Assembly (NCBI GenBank): GCA_004298405.1
Contig: SCSL01000037.1
Span: 1 to 33,271, forward strand
DNA from: Patescibacteria group bacterium
Lineage (GTDB): Bacteria > Patescibacteriota > Patescibacteriia > UBA9934 > GWF2-40-263
Direction: 5' to 3'
DNA length: 33,271 nt
A model generated the notes under the pieces. It was not told where the DNA came from and did no database searches. It saw only the letters and a program-made list of their open reading frames with translations. A program made the translations under genes and the position numbers. This document shows positions 15,975 through 25,886 of this stretch, in pieces; positions within the stretch are counted from its first letter, which is position 1; each line of letters begins with the position of its first letter.

Positions 15975-16057
15975 CAATCACGAGACAAGAAGTAGGTCAC
16001 GATCAGGATCATGAGCAGGATTCCTCCCACAAGGATCCACGTGCGAGGATCAAGCAT
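15974..16057 (-). CDS. 27-aa single-TM peptide MLDPRTWILVGGILLMILIVTYFLSRD
   Basis: ATG 3 nt after the MgtE stop; fills the gap exactly to the terminator; one hydrophobic helix. Below the ORF-track cutoff. Confidence 0.6.
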   Translation of the reverse strand: MLDPRTWILVGGILLMILIVTYFLSRD

Positions 16058-16060
16058 AGA

Positions 16061-16648
16061 TCAGGAGAGAAAGAAGAAGCTCGAGACAATTCCGTAGATA
16101 GCAATGCTTACCGCATCTTGGATGACGGTCGTGATGGGACCTGCTCCTACCGCAGGATCTGTTTTGAGATCAGAGAGGAATTTCGTCGTGCACAAAGCGA
16201 TGATGGGCGCCAGGAGGATCGCAAAGAACGTGGAAACACCGACACTCCATGTCAGTCGAGAATCATCGAACCACCATGAGATGACTCCTGCGGAAGTAAG
16301 ACCAAAAAGTGCTCCGGCGATAATTCCAACGGCGCCTTCCTTTATCAAGTAGCGGTGAAAGGAAGCTTTCCCAGATTTGAGGTCGCGTGAATAGATGGTT
16401 TCTGTTTGGGTACCGATGGCGTCTGCCAAGTAAACAATGAACGGAATAAAAAAAGCGACATGGACATTCGCCGTAAGAACTTCTTCAAATCGTGACGTGA
16501 GAAACGAGATTCCGATTCCCAGAAAAAGACCAATGACCAGAGTTGGAAGTCGTAATCGAAGCAAGAGCGAGACAGACTCTGTATCATCGTCGGCGTACAG
16601 GGTTTTGGGTTTGTGGTTGAACATAGATTGAAGGATCACTCTTCTCAT
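16061..16648 (-). CDS. MgtE-family Mg2+ transporter, membrane domain only
   Basis: RLRLPTL, FFIPFI...ADAIGTQT, DPAVGAGPITTVIQD; no CBS or N domains. Confidence 0.85.
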   Translation of the reverse strand: MRRVILQSMFNHKPKTLYADDDTESVSLLLRLRLPTLVIGLFLGIGISFLTSRFEEVLTANVHVAFFIPFIVYLADAIGTQTETIYSRDLKSGKASFHRYLIKEGAVGIIAGALFGLTSAGVISWWFDDSRLTWSVGVSTFFAILLAPIIALCTTKFLSDLKTDPAVGAGPITTVIQDAVSIAIYGIVSSFFFLS

Positions 16649-16672
16649 GATACATTCTGCGCGGCAATCTTA

Positions 16673-16819
<147 letters not shown>

Positions 16820-16847
16820 AAGACGTATCCTCTTATTAGACAACTGT

Positions 16848-17462
16848 TCATGATCTTTGATAAATGATCGACCTCGCCATTTCGATAAGCTCGCCGTCCG
16901 TTGGATGGTCGCCGTCGGCGGCGATGAGTAGGAGATGGTTTTCCAGTTGCGCGATGAGGTGGCGTGAGATTTCACAGCGGTTTGGGAGATCGTCCTCGTA
17001 GTCGATGCATCGTGTGCGGGTATCGACCGTTTGAATCCAGACAGATGTTTCTGGATCGAGCTTCACTTCTTGGGTTGGGTAGATGTGGGTGGCGAGGTAC
17101 TGGGTCGAGTTCATCCCGGGGAAGTAATCGATCTCTACAAATCGCCAACCATCTTTTACAAAGACTGCCACGACAGACCCTTCTGGAATCTCATTGTGCG
17201 CGGATGTATAGATTCCTGCGGCAAAAAGTTCTGCGCCGAATGTTTCTAGTGGAAGATCGACAACAGCATCAAGTGTTTCAAGATCGTCTAAGACTACGAG
17301 AGCCTGGGTTATTGGCAAGAGCGACCGCTGTGAGTCATCGATCCAGTTTAAAAAACGCATGAACACAAATACGACGAGGATCGCCACAGCGAGCCATGTG
17401 AGGTATTTGAGGTTTACAGGTTTAGCTTCGCGATGTCTTCGAAGTAGACGCAGGCCGAGCAT
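16848..17462 (-). CDS. Hypothetical membrane-anchored protein
   Basis: N-terminal TM, acidic soluble domain with a Cys pair, C-terminal ELIEMARSI. Start uncertain; ATG 17462 overlaps the ligase end. Confidence 0.65.
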   Translation of the reverse strand: MLGLRLLRRHREAKPVNLKYLTWLAVAILVVFVFMRFLNWIDDSQRSLLPITQALVVLDDLETLDAVVDLPLETFGAELFAAGIYTSAHNEIPEGSVVAVFVKDGWRFVEIDYFPGMNSTQYLATHIYPTQEVKLDPETSVWIQTVDTRTRCIDYEDDLPNRCEISRHLIAQLENHLLLIAADGDHPTDGELIEMARSIIYQRS

Positions 17463-18831
17463 AAGCAAAGATGATAGCGAGAAGAATCCACGTAAGGATT
17501 GCGAGATCGTTTTTGAAATAAGGGACATCGACTAGACCGTGGATGGTCATCTGGAGGAGGGCGAGAAAAGCAATGGTTGATGAGAAGGTAGCCCCAGGCT
17601 TTCCTGCCCCCCGAAGCTTTAGCGAAGGGGGGAGCTTGGGCGCGACTCGCCGAACGATAATCAACGCAAGAAGTACAAACGCGATGACCCCGAGCAGTCC
17701 CAGCTCGACCCAGATGTTCAGGATGATGTTGTGTGGGTACTGAAAGATCTCAAAGTGAGTTGCCTTGTGATATGGCTCCATGACGATGGGATAGCCAGAA
17801 AGGCCTGCTCCCAAGAACCAGTGATCACGCAATAAGTCGACGGTTTCACTCCACTGGGATAGACGGACTTCACCGGAATAGTCTTGAAGGGTGAGTTTGG
17901 AGAGGAGGGGAGGGGTTAGGAGGGTTAGAAGGGTTAGGAGGACTAGAAGGATAAGACTGATGGATCTCGTCCGACGGTGTACAAGACTGGCAACAAGGAG
18001 AGTTGCGATGATCGATACGATGGCGGCTTCGGACTGGGCAAGGATGATGGAGATGGAGGAGAGACCAGCGACTGCTATCCAGAAGAAATTCAAAGGGGCT
18101 TTAGCCCAGTCCGAAACGCCGCTAAAGCGGCTGAGAAGAGAGAAGAGGTGCTTCTCAGGGGCTTCAGCCCCGTCAGTGACGCCACTAAAGTGGCTAAGAA
18201 GAGTCGTGATGCCGATTATCACGATCGGTCCCAGGAAAAGTCCAAGGGCATTAGGATAATCGAAAACGCTTGTGACACGACGTTCGATATCCCAGGGGAT
18301 GGGAAGACCCATGCCAGTAAGCCATTGAAGGATGGCGACAAGGGAGAGGATCAGGGCACTAACCCCAAGAGCAACGAATAACTGTTCGGCGAGGGTCCCC
18401 CCCCTGCCCGAGGGTCGTTCGACTCTGAGCTCACGGTCGAAGAGGGGGTTAGGGGGGGTGGGAGCATGCTTAAGCTCGTATCGTACGACGAAGAACAACA
18501 GAATTGGTTCAAGGAAGTAGGCTTTCCAGACACCTAACGCGGCGGTCATGTCGGGAGCGACGAAGACTGAGATAGTTGCGACGAGAAAGACGAACACGAT
18601 TGTTGCGGCAACCCACTCCTTGGGAATGGGTGGAACCGGAGAACGTCGTACCATCCATACAATCAGAAACGTCACGACGAGAAGTTCGAGCAATGTCGTA
18701 GGGATTCCAAAGATTTCTGTTCGCAGGAGATAGCTCGGCAATACTGCCACAAGCACAAACAGCCCCTTATGCAGGTCACTCCATGTAAGAACAGCGAACG
18801 CGGCAGTGAGAATGAGGAGGATTGGAAGCAT
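17422..18831 (-). CDS. O-antigen ligase-like (Wzy_C/WaaL) glycosyltransferase carrying in-frame repeat insertions
   Basis: RVTSVFDYPNALG, SGEVRLSQW, FLGAGLSGY, YPHNIILNIWVELGLLG, HGLVDVPYF; multi-TM. Confidence 0.9.
   Translation of the reverse strand: MLPILLILTAAFAVLTWSDLHKGLFVLVAVLPSYLLRTEIFGIPTTLLELLVVTFLIVWMVRRSPVPPIPKEWVAATIVFVFLVATISVFVAPDMTAALGVWKAYFLEPILLFFVVRYELKHAPTPPNPLFDRELRVERPSGRGGTLAEQLFVALGVSALILSLVAILQWLTGMGLPIPWDIERRVTSVFDYPNALGLFLGPIVIIGITTLLSHFSGVTDGAEAPEKHLFSLLSRFSGVSDWAKAPLNFFWIAVAGLSSISIILAQSEAAIVSIIATLLVASLVHRRTRSISLILLVLLTLLTLLTPPLLSKLTLQDYSGEVRLSQWSETVDLLRDHWFLGAGLSGYPIVMEPYHKATHFEIFQYPHNIILNIWVELGLLGVIAFVLLALIIVRRVAPKLPPSLKLRGAGKPGATFSSTIAFLALLQMTIHGLVDVPYFKNDLAILTWILLAIIFAYARPASTSKTSRS
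17603..17632. repeat. Palindromic element inside the ligase CDS
   Basis: CCTGCCCCCCGAAGCTTTAGCGAAGGGGGG, translated as PPSLKLRGAG. Confidence 0.6.
17915..17950. repeat. 9-bp tandem repeat inside the ligase CDS
   Basis: TAG at 17917, 17926, 17935, 17944. 17928-17949 matches intergenic 2373-2394 at 21/22 nt. Confidence 0.7.
18094..18195. repeat. REP-like doublets 5 and 6, tandem (63-nt period), inside the ligase CDS
   Basis: Monomers at 18094-18111, 18115-18132, 18157-18174, 18178-18195. Translated LLSHFSGVTDGAEAP.../LLSRFSGVSDWAKAP. Confidence 0.9.
18395..18462. repeat. Nested palindromic elements inside the ligase CDS
   Basis: Outer C-run...AGGGGGTTAGGGGGGGT resembles 25887-25918; inner TTCGACTCTGAGCTCACGGTCGAA (18418-18441). 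Confidence 0.7.
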
Positions 18832-18836
18832 AGTTT

Positions 18837-18896
18837 GACGCCACTAAAGTGGCTTTGAATTTCTTATATGAAATTCATAGGGGCTTTAGCCCCGTC
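18837..18896. repeat. REP-like doublet 7 (CGTC ends outward, long spacer)
   Basis: GACGCCACTAAAGTGGCT (18837-18854) ... AGGGGCTTTAGCCCCGTC (18879-18896); spacer hairpin TGAATTTC/GAAATTCA. Contains the flippase stop. Confidence 0.85.
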
Positions 18897-20304
18897 CGGG
18901 AAGAAGCACTTGTAGGTCTTTCATCGTGACTGCCTTAAGGGCGAACAATACGACCGTGTAGACACCACCACCAACAAGCAAATCAACGAGAACGTGAGCG
19001 TCGAGCTTTACCAGTACAAGGTACATGATCGTCGAGGCGATGAGAGCTTTGAATAGCACTGTAAGGTTGGGGAGAGCGTGAGATGTTTTGAAGACAACGA
19101 AAAATGTCAGCAGAGCGATGAGGGCTTCCGAAAGAAGAGTCACGCCTACGGCTCCCCACATTCCGTACGGCGGAATGTAGAGGAGATATCCAACAATCGC
19201 GACGATAGCGACGGACACATACCCCCATGTCATGACACGCTGTTTGTTGAGTGCAACCACAAGATGACCATAAAGAGTTCCGAGGAATACCCAGATCAAG
19301 GCAACGATGAGCCAGGTCAGAATCGGACCTGAAGCTGTAAAATCCGGACCGGCAATGAGAGCCATGAGTTCAGATGAAACAAGTTGTGCGCCCACGACGA
19401 CTGGGAGAACAACCAGAACAAAGAGATCAAAGATTCGTGCAACGCGAATCCGGAATTCTTGTACCTGCCCTGAACTCCACATGGCCACCAACGACGGGAG
19501 GACAATCCCCATCAGCATCGTTGGTAGAACCGTCATGACATCCAAGATGCGATACGCGGCGCCGTACAACCCTACTTCCGTCTGGTCACGGAAATACGCT
19601 AGGAACAAAATGTCACCTTTGAGGTACAGCAGGTTAAAGATAATAGACACCGCGATCGGCCAAGAATGGGTAAGGATCAACGTCCACTGCGACCACTCAA
19701 ACAAGGGTCGAATTTTTACGAACGGACTGGCCAGTTGCACCATCAGGATGAGCCACACCGCATTGGCGATCACCATCGCAAACACCATTTCCACCACGCC
19801 TGGTGAGGTGAAAGCGAACAAGGCGACAAGACCCAAGAGCACGGCGCGATTTACCAGCTCAGCCAACGCCGCACGCCACATGGCTTCGTGGCGCTGAAAG
19901 ACACCGACTAACATCGACGCGCCTCCCATAAGGAAGTACGCAAGCGCGCCGACCAAGACAGCCGAGCGGATTATTGCGGACCAAGGAAATACCAGAACAA
20001 GCAGGGGAGCCAGTGAGAACAGGATAAATCCCGTGACGAGTCGGAGTCCGAAAAAATTTCCCACAATGCGTGCTTCGTCGATGCCGGGTTTAGAGATCAT
20101 CACGATGAGCGTCAGGGTGAGGCCAAAATCAACAACCACGCCAAACAGTTGAAGATAGGTGGTGGCCGTCGTGAATTCCCCGAAAGCGGAAATTCCAAGG
20201 GCTCGTGTCAAAATGGCAACAGAGACAAGCCCAATCAAGATCGAGACGATTTTTCCCAGAAGTTGCACGGAAAAATTAGAAGCAATAGAGCGCGCCGTGG
20301 TCAT
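18886..20304 (-). CDS. Wzx/PST-family polysaccharide flippase
   Basis: IASNFSVQLLGK, LTRALG...FG, DFGL, EVGLYGAAYR, YGMWGA; 12-14 TM. Confidence 0.9.
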   Translation of the reverse strand: MTTARSIASNFSVQLLGKIVSILIGLVSVAILTRALGISAFGEFTTATTYLQLFGVVVDFGLTLTLIVMISKPGIDEARIVGNFFGLRLVTGFILFSLAPLLVLVFPWSAIIRSAVLVGALAYFLMGGASMLVGVFQRHEAMWRAALAELVNRAVLLGLVALFAFTSPGVVEMVFAMVIANAVWLILMVQLASPFVKIRPLFEWSQWTLILTHSWPIAVSIIFNLLYLKGDILFLAYFRDQTEVGLYGAAYRILDVMTVLPTMLMGIVLPSLVAMWSSGQVQEFRIRVARIFDLFVLVVLPVVVGAQLVSSELMALIAGPDFTASGPILTWLIVALIWVFLGTLYGHLVVALNKQRVMTWGYVSVAIVAIVGYLLYIPPYGMWGAVGVTLLSEALIALLTFFVVFKTSHALPNLTVLFKALIASTIMYLVLVKLDAHVLVDLLVGGGVYTVVLFALKAVTMKDLQVLLPGRG

Positions 20305-20331
20305 AATAGAGAAAGTGTATCACAAATCCCG

Positions 20332-20360
20332 TTGACGAGACCCTAAAAAAATGATAATCT
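20332..20360 (+). promoter_or_regulatory. Sigma70-type promoter
   Basis: TTGACG, 17-nt spacer, TGn-TAATCT. Confidence 0.6.
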
Positions 20361-20373
20361 GTAAGCAGAAAGT

Positions 20374-22278
20374 ATGCATACGTTCCTCTTGAAGGTCTCT
20401 CCTATCGCTCCCTCAAGAGCCGCGAGTAATTCGCTGGTTGGATTTGCCCTGCTCCTAGTTGTGGGGGGGCTTTTTTGTTTACCAATGGCGGCGCAGGCAG
20501 CTCCAAAGAATGGGTTTGAGGCGTTGCAGATTTCCGTCCCCCCATCTGGATTCGTGATGGAGCCGGGAGAAACTCAGGAAGTTCTTCTCACGTTTAAGAA
20601 CATCGGGACAAAGACTTGGACAAACTCTGGAAGTGCGTATGTTTCGATCTACACGTACGACCCCAAGTACCGTGTGAGCGATTTCAAGACCGACCATTGG
20701 ATCGATTACACACAAGCGGCTTTGTTGAAGGAATCGAGTGTTCCGGTTGGGTCTATCGGATCAATCTCTCTGGTACTGAAGGCTCCAAAGTCTGAAGGAA
20801 CGTATGAGGAGACGTTTCATCTCGCGGCAGAAGATGTTGCTTGGATTCCTGGCGGGGAATTTACCTTGACAATCAATGTCACGGACGAGGAAGAAGAGGA
20901 ACCGAGCATTGGTTCGCAAGATCTTTCGTTGGAAAATCCTCTGAGTGATGGGGAGGCATCACCGGAAAGCAATGGATTGTCTGCGACTGTGCTCTTGCGT
21001 TCCGAAAAGTCTGTCGAAGCGCAAGCGGGTGAAGTGATTCCCTACAAAGTCGGAGTCAAAAACACAGGAACCGTTACCTGGGGGACGCGCGAGATTGTGA
21101 CAACTGGCTACTCGATCGCGAGTGTGGACACAGCTCACGCGTCGTGGGTGAGTGATACACAACTCGTGATGAACACGGCGGGAAGCGTGAAACCAGGAGG
21201 CCTTGATCTTCTCGCCTTCACATTCACCGCCCCCACATCAAACGGATCGCATACTATCCGTTATCAAATGGCAGTCGACGATACCGTGATTCCAGATTTT
21301 TATATCGATATTCCTGTGGAAGTGACCGGTGGTTCCCCAGAGATCATCGACGATGAGGTAACAGTGGAAGAAGGGGATGTGAAATCAGACCGAATGATCG
21401 ACGAGCCGATCGTGCGAATCGGGTTGCTCACCATCGACGAGGAAACGGATTGGGTGACAGAGATTAGCTGTGACTCGACGTGGAAACTGGTCGACAGTGA
21501 AGGTGGGCTTCTTGGGGAGATGGAAGAGGACGAGATGGTACGAGCGTTTTACAAGAACCAACGCTATTACTTTAATCGAGGGAGGGGAATCGAGGAGACC
21601 TATAAGTATTTGCGATTCGAGCCCGACGACGAAGACGCCATCTGCACGATTGAAAATTTTGATCGTCGAGAAACGCGTGGAGCGTCCTATGCGCTCAACC
21701 AGTTTCGAGACACACTCGAACTCCAGTACATTCCTTACAAGGACGAAGTCTGGGTCATCAACGAACTGCCCATCGAAGAGTACTTGTATGGATTGGGAGA
21801 AACGTCCAATGCCTCACACGAAGAATTTAAGAAGTCGCTCATTACCGTGGCTCGCACCTATGCCCTGTACCACTGGGAACGAAACACCAAACACAATGGC
21901 TATTTTCACATGAACGCGTACGCGGATGATCAAGTCTACTTTGGCTACGAGTACGAAAAAAATAATCCGCTGATTCGGGAGGCCGTCGAAGATACACGCG
22001 GCGTAACAGTCAATTATGACGGGCGAACCGCACTTACTCCCTACTTTTCGCGCTCAGACGGTCGCACGCGATCCTGGAGTGAAGTCTGGGGTGGATCGGT
22101 TGCCTGGCTCATTGGAGTTGAGGCTCCGTGTGATAAAGAACGAGGATACACACTGTGGGGACATGGCGTCGGAATGGGCGCGACCGAGGCATTGTGCATG
22201 GCCAACAATGGCGATGATTGGGGAGAGATTTTGCACTATTTTTACACAGATATTGATTTAACAAAACGATGGGACTAA
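20374..22278 (+). CDS. Secreted SpoIID/LytB-domain lytic transglycosylase with two NBR1-like Ig domains
   Basis: Two KNxGTxTW Ig-like repeats; VINELPIEEYLYGLGE, ARTYA, DQVY, YFSRSDG, GHGVGM, EILHYFY. Confidence 0.85.
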   Translation: MHTFLLKVSPIAPSRAASNSLVGFALLLVVGGLFCLPMAAQAAPKNGFEALQISVPPSGFVMEPGETQEVLLTFKNIGTKTWTNSGSAYVSIYTYDPKYRVSDFKTDHWIDYTQAALLKESSVPVGSIGSISLVLKAPKSEGTYEETFHLAAEDVAWIPGGEFTLTINVTDEEEEEPSIGSQDLSLENPLSDGEASPESNGLSATVLLRSEKSVEAQAGEVIPYKVGVKNTGTVTWGTREIVTTGYSIASVDTAHASWVSDTQLVMNTAGSVKPGGLDLLAFTFTAPTSNGSHTIRYQMAVDDTVIPDFYIDIPVEVTGGSPEIIDDEVTVEEGDVKSDRMIDEPIVRIGLLTIDEETDWVTEISCDSTWKLVDSEGGLLGEMEEDEMVRAFYKNQRYYFNRGRGIEETYKYLRFEPDDEDAICTIENFDRRETRGASYALNQFRDTLELQYIPYKDEVWVINELPIEEYLYGLGETSNASHEEFKKSLITVARTYALYHWERNTKHNGYFHMNAYADDQVYFGYEYEKNNPLIREAVEDTRGVTVNYDGRTALTPYFSRSDGRTRSWSEVWGGSVAWLIGVEAPCDKERGYTLWGHGVGMGATEALCMANNGDDWGEILHYFYTDIDLTKRWD

Positions 22279-23333
22279 TTCGTCGAATAGGACTTCTGGG
22301 ACTGATAACCGCCGCAATCCCTGCGGCGGTTTTGGCACAGGAGGATCCGCTCGAACAGATTTATTTACAACGTTCTGATCTTCAAGTTGCTTTTGATCCA
22401 AAAACAAAGCAGGCGATTCCGGGGACGGCGGCGGGGTTCCTTCTTGACCTTGAAGACTGGGCAATCCAGTACGGCTGGATGGAACATGAGGAGCTTGTCT
22501 CGTATGGACCAGAGCAGGGAGATGGTGTGCCCGTGCGAGTCGATGCAAGTGAGATTGAGGCGTCGATCGAGTCAGTTGCCTATGTCGTCATGGATCGTTC
22601 GACAGGCAAGATCCTTACGGTTAAAAACGAGAATAAAGTCTGGCCGATTGCGAGTCTCACCAAGCTGGTGACCTCTGATGTTGTCTTAGATTATGAGATT
22701 TCCATGGATCAGGTTGCCGATGTTCGTACGACCGACGATGTGGGAGGAGCGAAGCTTTACGTTGAGGACGGCGACCTATTCTCTGTTCAAGATCTTTTCT
22801 ACGCGACGCTTGTTGCCAGTGCCAACAATGCCGCCAATGCGCTTTCGCGTACGACCGGTTTGTCACGCGCGGAGTTTCTTGAAGAGATGAATGCGCGTGC
22901 GCAAGCGCTCGGGCTCAATCAAACAGCCTTCGTCGATCCCACCGGTATTGAGCTTGGAAATGTTTCAACGGTGCGTGAAATGACGCGGCTCGCTTCGGAC
23001 ATTCTTCAACGCGATGAGATGAGGCGTTTCACGTCGACGTACACGAAGTACATTACGGATCTGACACAAGAGACTCAGAAGAAAATGACAAACACGAATT
23101 GGATGCTTTGGAAATCAGAATATGATGACCTGTATGTGACAGGGGGAAAAACGGGATACTTGGATGAGTCAGGCTGGAACCTTGTCGTTACGCTCAGACC
23201 CATGCAGGGAGATGCGGATACAGAGTTACTCATCGTCGTATTTGGTGCGCCATCTCGAGAAACTTCTTTTGAAGATGCCAATGCGCTTGCCGACTGGGCA
23301 TGGGAGGTTCATGAATGGCAAAAACAAAACTAG
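22269..23333 (+). CDS. Peptidase S11 D-Ala-D-Ala carboxy/endopeptidase
   Basis: SxxK (ASLTK), SxN (SANNA), FVDPTG, GKTGY; signal peptide. Confidence 0.9.
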   Translation: MGLIRRIGLLGLITAAIPAAVLAQEDPLEQIYLQRSDLQVAFDPKTKQAIPGTAAGFLLDLEDWAIQYGWMEHEELVSYGPEQGDGVPVRVDASEIEASIESVAYVVMDRSTGKILTVKNENKVWPIASLTKLVTSDVVLDYEISMDQVADVRTTDDVGGAKLYVEDGDLFSVQDLFYATLVASANNAANALSRTTGLSRAEFLEEMNARAQALGLNQTAFVDPTGIELGNVSTVREMTRLASDILQRDEMRRFTSTYTKYITDLTQETQKKMTNTNWMLWKSEYDDLYVTGGKTGYLDESGWNLVVTLRPMQGDADTELLIVVFGAPSRETSFEDANALADWAWEVHEWQKQN

Positions 23334-23358
23334 AGATCATGGAAAAACTTAGGATGTT

Positions 23359-23994
23359 TTATGCGGCCAGGTTTTTACACCGGAAAAGTTTCGTCCGAAT
23401 CGGATAGAGGAAGAACACGCCCAGGAGACTCACGGTTACCACCACAACAATGAGCGATTTGTAGCCGATGGTTGTCGCAAAGATTCCTCCTAATGAGGCG
23501 GCAATGGCAGAACTGAAGTCGACGAGGGTGAAGTAGATGCCCCATTCTGTTCCCTCTCGAGTCTTATCAATGTGTCGGGTGAAGATAGCCATATAGGAAG
23601 GGAACGTGAAGGCAAGAGCCACGCCATAAAGAAATTGCACGGCGTACAGTTGGAGGGGCGTATGAATGAAGAGATAGAGGATAGGAATAATGGCGCCAGC
23701 AAGCGAACCAAAAAAAATGAACTGGAAATCGTCATCTTCGCCGCAGACGCGATCAATGATCGCCGCCGCGGGGATTTGTAAGACACTTTTGGTCACGAGA
23801 AAAATAGAAGCGGCCGCTCCTGCGACGGCTGCGTTCCCGCCTTCGATGAAGTCTACGATGAAGAGGGCAAAAATAGGTCCCAAAAGCCCGAGAGCGCCAA
23901 TCCAGATGACATCCGAAAGGATAAGGCATCGGATGACAAGATTCATGTTTTTCAGGAGGTATTCGCGGATATGCACTGAACGTTTTGCGGGCAT
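23359..23994 (-). CDS. Half-size (about 6-TM) MFS transporter
   Basis: GLLGPIFALF, LYAVQFLYG, FTRHID...EGTEWG; 211 aa. Confidence 0.8.
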   Translation of the reverse strand: MPAKRSVHIREYLLKNMNLVIRCLILSDVIWIGALGLLGPIFALFIVDFIEGGNAAVAGAAASIFLVTKSVLQIPAAAIIDRVCGEDDDFQFIFFGSLAGAIIPILYLFIHTPLQLYAVQFLYGVALAFTFPSYMAIFTRHIDKTREGTEWGIYFTLVDFSSAIAASLGGIFATTIGYKSLIVVVVTVSLLGVFFLYPIRTKLFRCKNLAA

Positions 23995-23996
23995 AC

Positions 23997-24578
23997 CTAT
24001 TTGACCACACTTTTTACTTTTCCCTGCGCGACCGCTCCAAGGGAGCTGAGCCGCCGTTTATCCTCTTCCACAAGACGAGTAATAAGTTCTTTCACGTGTT
24101 CTGGATCGTCGATATTTTTAAAGTGAAATCGTCCCTTCTCTCCTGCTGTTTGTACGTATACTTGTCCATACGTAAAAATTGTTTGGAGAATACCGTGAAT
24201 TTCAGCCGTCGTATCCTGAACGGCCGCCAGGTCTAGTTCTGAGGCGGTGCGATTGAAAAGTCCTTCTTGTTCAATGTTGATGATTCGTTCGTTGGTGATG
24301 ATCCAGGTATCCAAGTAGTAATCGGTGAATTCAAGAAAAGCCACGAGCCAGATAGAGAGGAAGTAGATACTTCCGATGATGGCGAGGAATGGACCGATCA
24401 CGGGATGCGCAAGCCAATCCGCGACCGTCTTTTCAAAATAGAATCCAATCGCAAGGGGGATGCTCAGAAGCAAAAAGAATGCGCTTCCAATTGCCAAGAG
24501 GGCAAACCAATGCCGACGCAAAAAAAGGATAACATGTTCATCGGGTCGTTGGTTGGGGAGATGGTCAAGCCGCATCAT
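23997..24578 (-). CDS. Membrane protein with bacterial PH (bPH_2) domain
   Basis: LRRHW, two TM, WIITNERII...GLF...VQD...YGQVYVQTAG. Confidence 0.8.
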   Translation of the reverse strand: MMRLDHLPNQRPDEHVILFLRRHWFALLAIGSAFFLLLSIPLAIGFYFEKTVADWLAHPVIGPFLAIIGSIYFLSIWLVAFLEFTDYYLDTWIITNERIINIEQEGLFNRTASELDLAAVQDTTAEIHGILQTIFTYGQVYVQTAGEKGRFHFKNIDDPEHVKELITRLVEEDKRRLSSLGAVAQGKVKSVVK

Positions 24579-24859
24579 AGGGCGGGGAAAAGTGTTTCAT
24601 CGGAAAATGTTGCCGCGTCATTCAATGAGATGGGGAGCGTCCAGTCGTATTCCATCAGAAGCATGGTTGAACCTGCCACAAGAAGAATCGTTCCTCCGGT
24701 AAAAATTGTGATAATGAGGTAGAGACCAAAGCCATACACACCGTATCGAACCAAGTGGTAGATGTTGAAGAGGCTGTAAAGGAGATAAAACAACATATAT
24801 GCCCCAAACACAAAGAGAAATACATAGATCGGAATGTGGATGTTGGGAATGTCAAACAT
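24575..24859 (-). CDS. Small hypothetical membrane protein
   Basis: Two TM, FNIYHLVRYG motif; stop overlaps the next start. Confidence 0.7.
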   Translation of the reverse strand: MFDIPNIHIPIYVFLFVFGAYMLFYLLYSLFNIYHLVRYGVYGFGLYLIITIFTGGTILLVAGSTMLLMEYDWTLPISLNDAATFSDETLFPAL

Positions 24860-24866
24860 ACTACTG

Positions 24867-25877
24867 TTATGTTATCACATGTTTGTATCCATGTTCGGTT
24901 ACCACACGTCCACGCGGTGTGCGGGCGAGGAACCCAATTTGGATAAGGAACGGTTCATGGACGTCCTCGATCGTTTGGACTTCTTCTTGGGTAGCCGCCG
25001 CAATGGTTGAGAGACCCACGGGGCCTCCGCCAAATTTTTCGATGATGGTGGTGAGGATACGCCGGTCCGTTTGGTCGAGCCCCATGTGGTCGACGGTAAG
25101 TTTCTTGAGAGCCTCCTCACAAAGAGATTCTGAAATCTGTCCGTCGCTTCGAACTTCTGCAAAGTCTCGCACACGTCGCAGGAGACGATTGGCAATGCGA
25201 GGCGTTTTGCGGGAACGTGTTGCGAGAATGTCGATGGCCTGTGGGTCGATGGCGGTTCCCAAGAGATAGGCACTTCGTTTTACAATTGAACCAATATGTT
25301 CATCCTCATAGAAGTTGAGATGGTGGGTCACACCGAATCGGTCGCGCAGAGGTCCTGTGAGTAGGGAGAGACGTGTCGTGGCGCCAATCAAGGTGAAGCG
25401 CTCAAGGTTGAGTCGCAGGGTGCGCGCGGTTGGACCCTTACCCACGATGATATCTAAGGCGTAATCCTCCATGGCTGGATACAGAATTTCCTCGATCGTT
25501 TTATTGAGGCGATGAATTTCGTCGATAAACAGAATGTCACCGCGACCAAGATTTGAGAGGATCGCGGCCAGATCACCGACACGCTCGAGTGCTGGTCCAG
25601 AGGTTACGCGTATCTGTGAGCCCATCTCATGGGCGATGATGTGAGCGAGAGTGGTCTTCCCAAGACCAGGGTTCCCGTAGAGCAGGACATGCTCGATCGG
25701 TTCCTGACGCTTTTTGGCGGCTTCGATGAAGATCGAAAGGTTTTCCTTGATGTCGTCTTGACCGACAAAATCCTGAAGGGTCTGTGGTCGCAACCCAACC
25801 TCAAACTCCCGCTCCTCATTTGGGGCCTCGGTTGCCACGATTCGCTCTGGGATCTCCATTTCTTCACGTTCGATCAT
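24867..25877 (-). CDS. ruvB: Holliday junction branch migration ATPase RuvB
   Basis: [62 protein letters not shown]. Confidence 0.97.
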   Translation of the reverse strand: MIEREEMEIPERIVATEAPNEEREFEVGLRPQTLQDFVGQDDIKENLSIFIEAAKKRQEPIEHVLLYGNPGLGKTTLAHIIAHEMGSQIRVTSGPALERVGDLAAILSNLGRGDILFIDEIHRLNKTIEEILYPAMEDYALDIIVGKGPTARTLRLNLERFTLIGATTRLSLLTGPLRDRFGVTHHLNFYEDEHIGSIVKRSAYLLGTAIDPQAIDILATRSRKTPRIANRLLRRVRDFAEVRSDGQISESLCEEALKKLTVDHMGLDQTDRRILTTIIEKFGGGPVGLSTIAAATQEEVQTIEDVHEPFLIQIGFLARTPRGRVVTEHGYKHVIT

Positions 25878-25886
25878 ACTCCGGTT

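Noticed and set aside
15410-16279. 289-aa plus-strand ORF (also 28480-29181)
   Set aside because: Antisense to clearly identified galU/mgtE and polX, with no recognisable motifs.
18094-18195. CRISPR-like repeat-spacer pattern
   Set aside because: Only two units, made of inverted monomers dispersed elsewhere in the window, lying in a CDS, and no cas genes.
17422-20304. LPS O-antigen locus
   Set aside because: No lipid A/core or outer-membrane genes are in view; these families also serve non-LPS glycans.
23359-23994. Half-size MFS as a pseudogene
   Set aside because: Clean start 2 nt after the upstream stop and no remnant second half; best read as an intact half-transporter.
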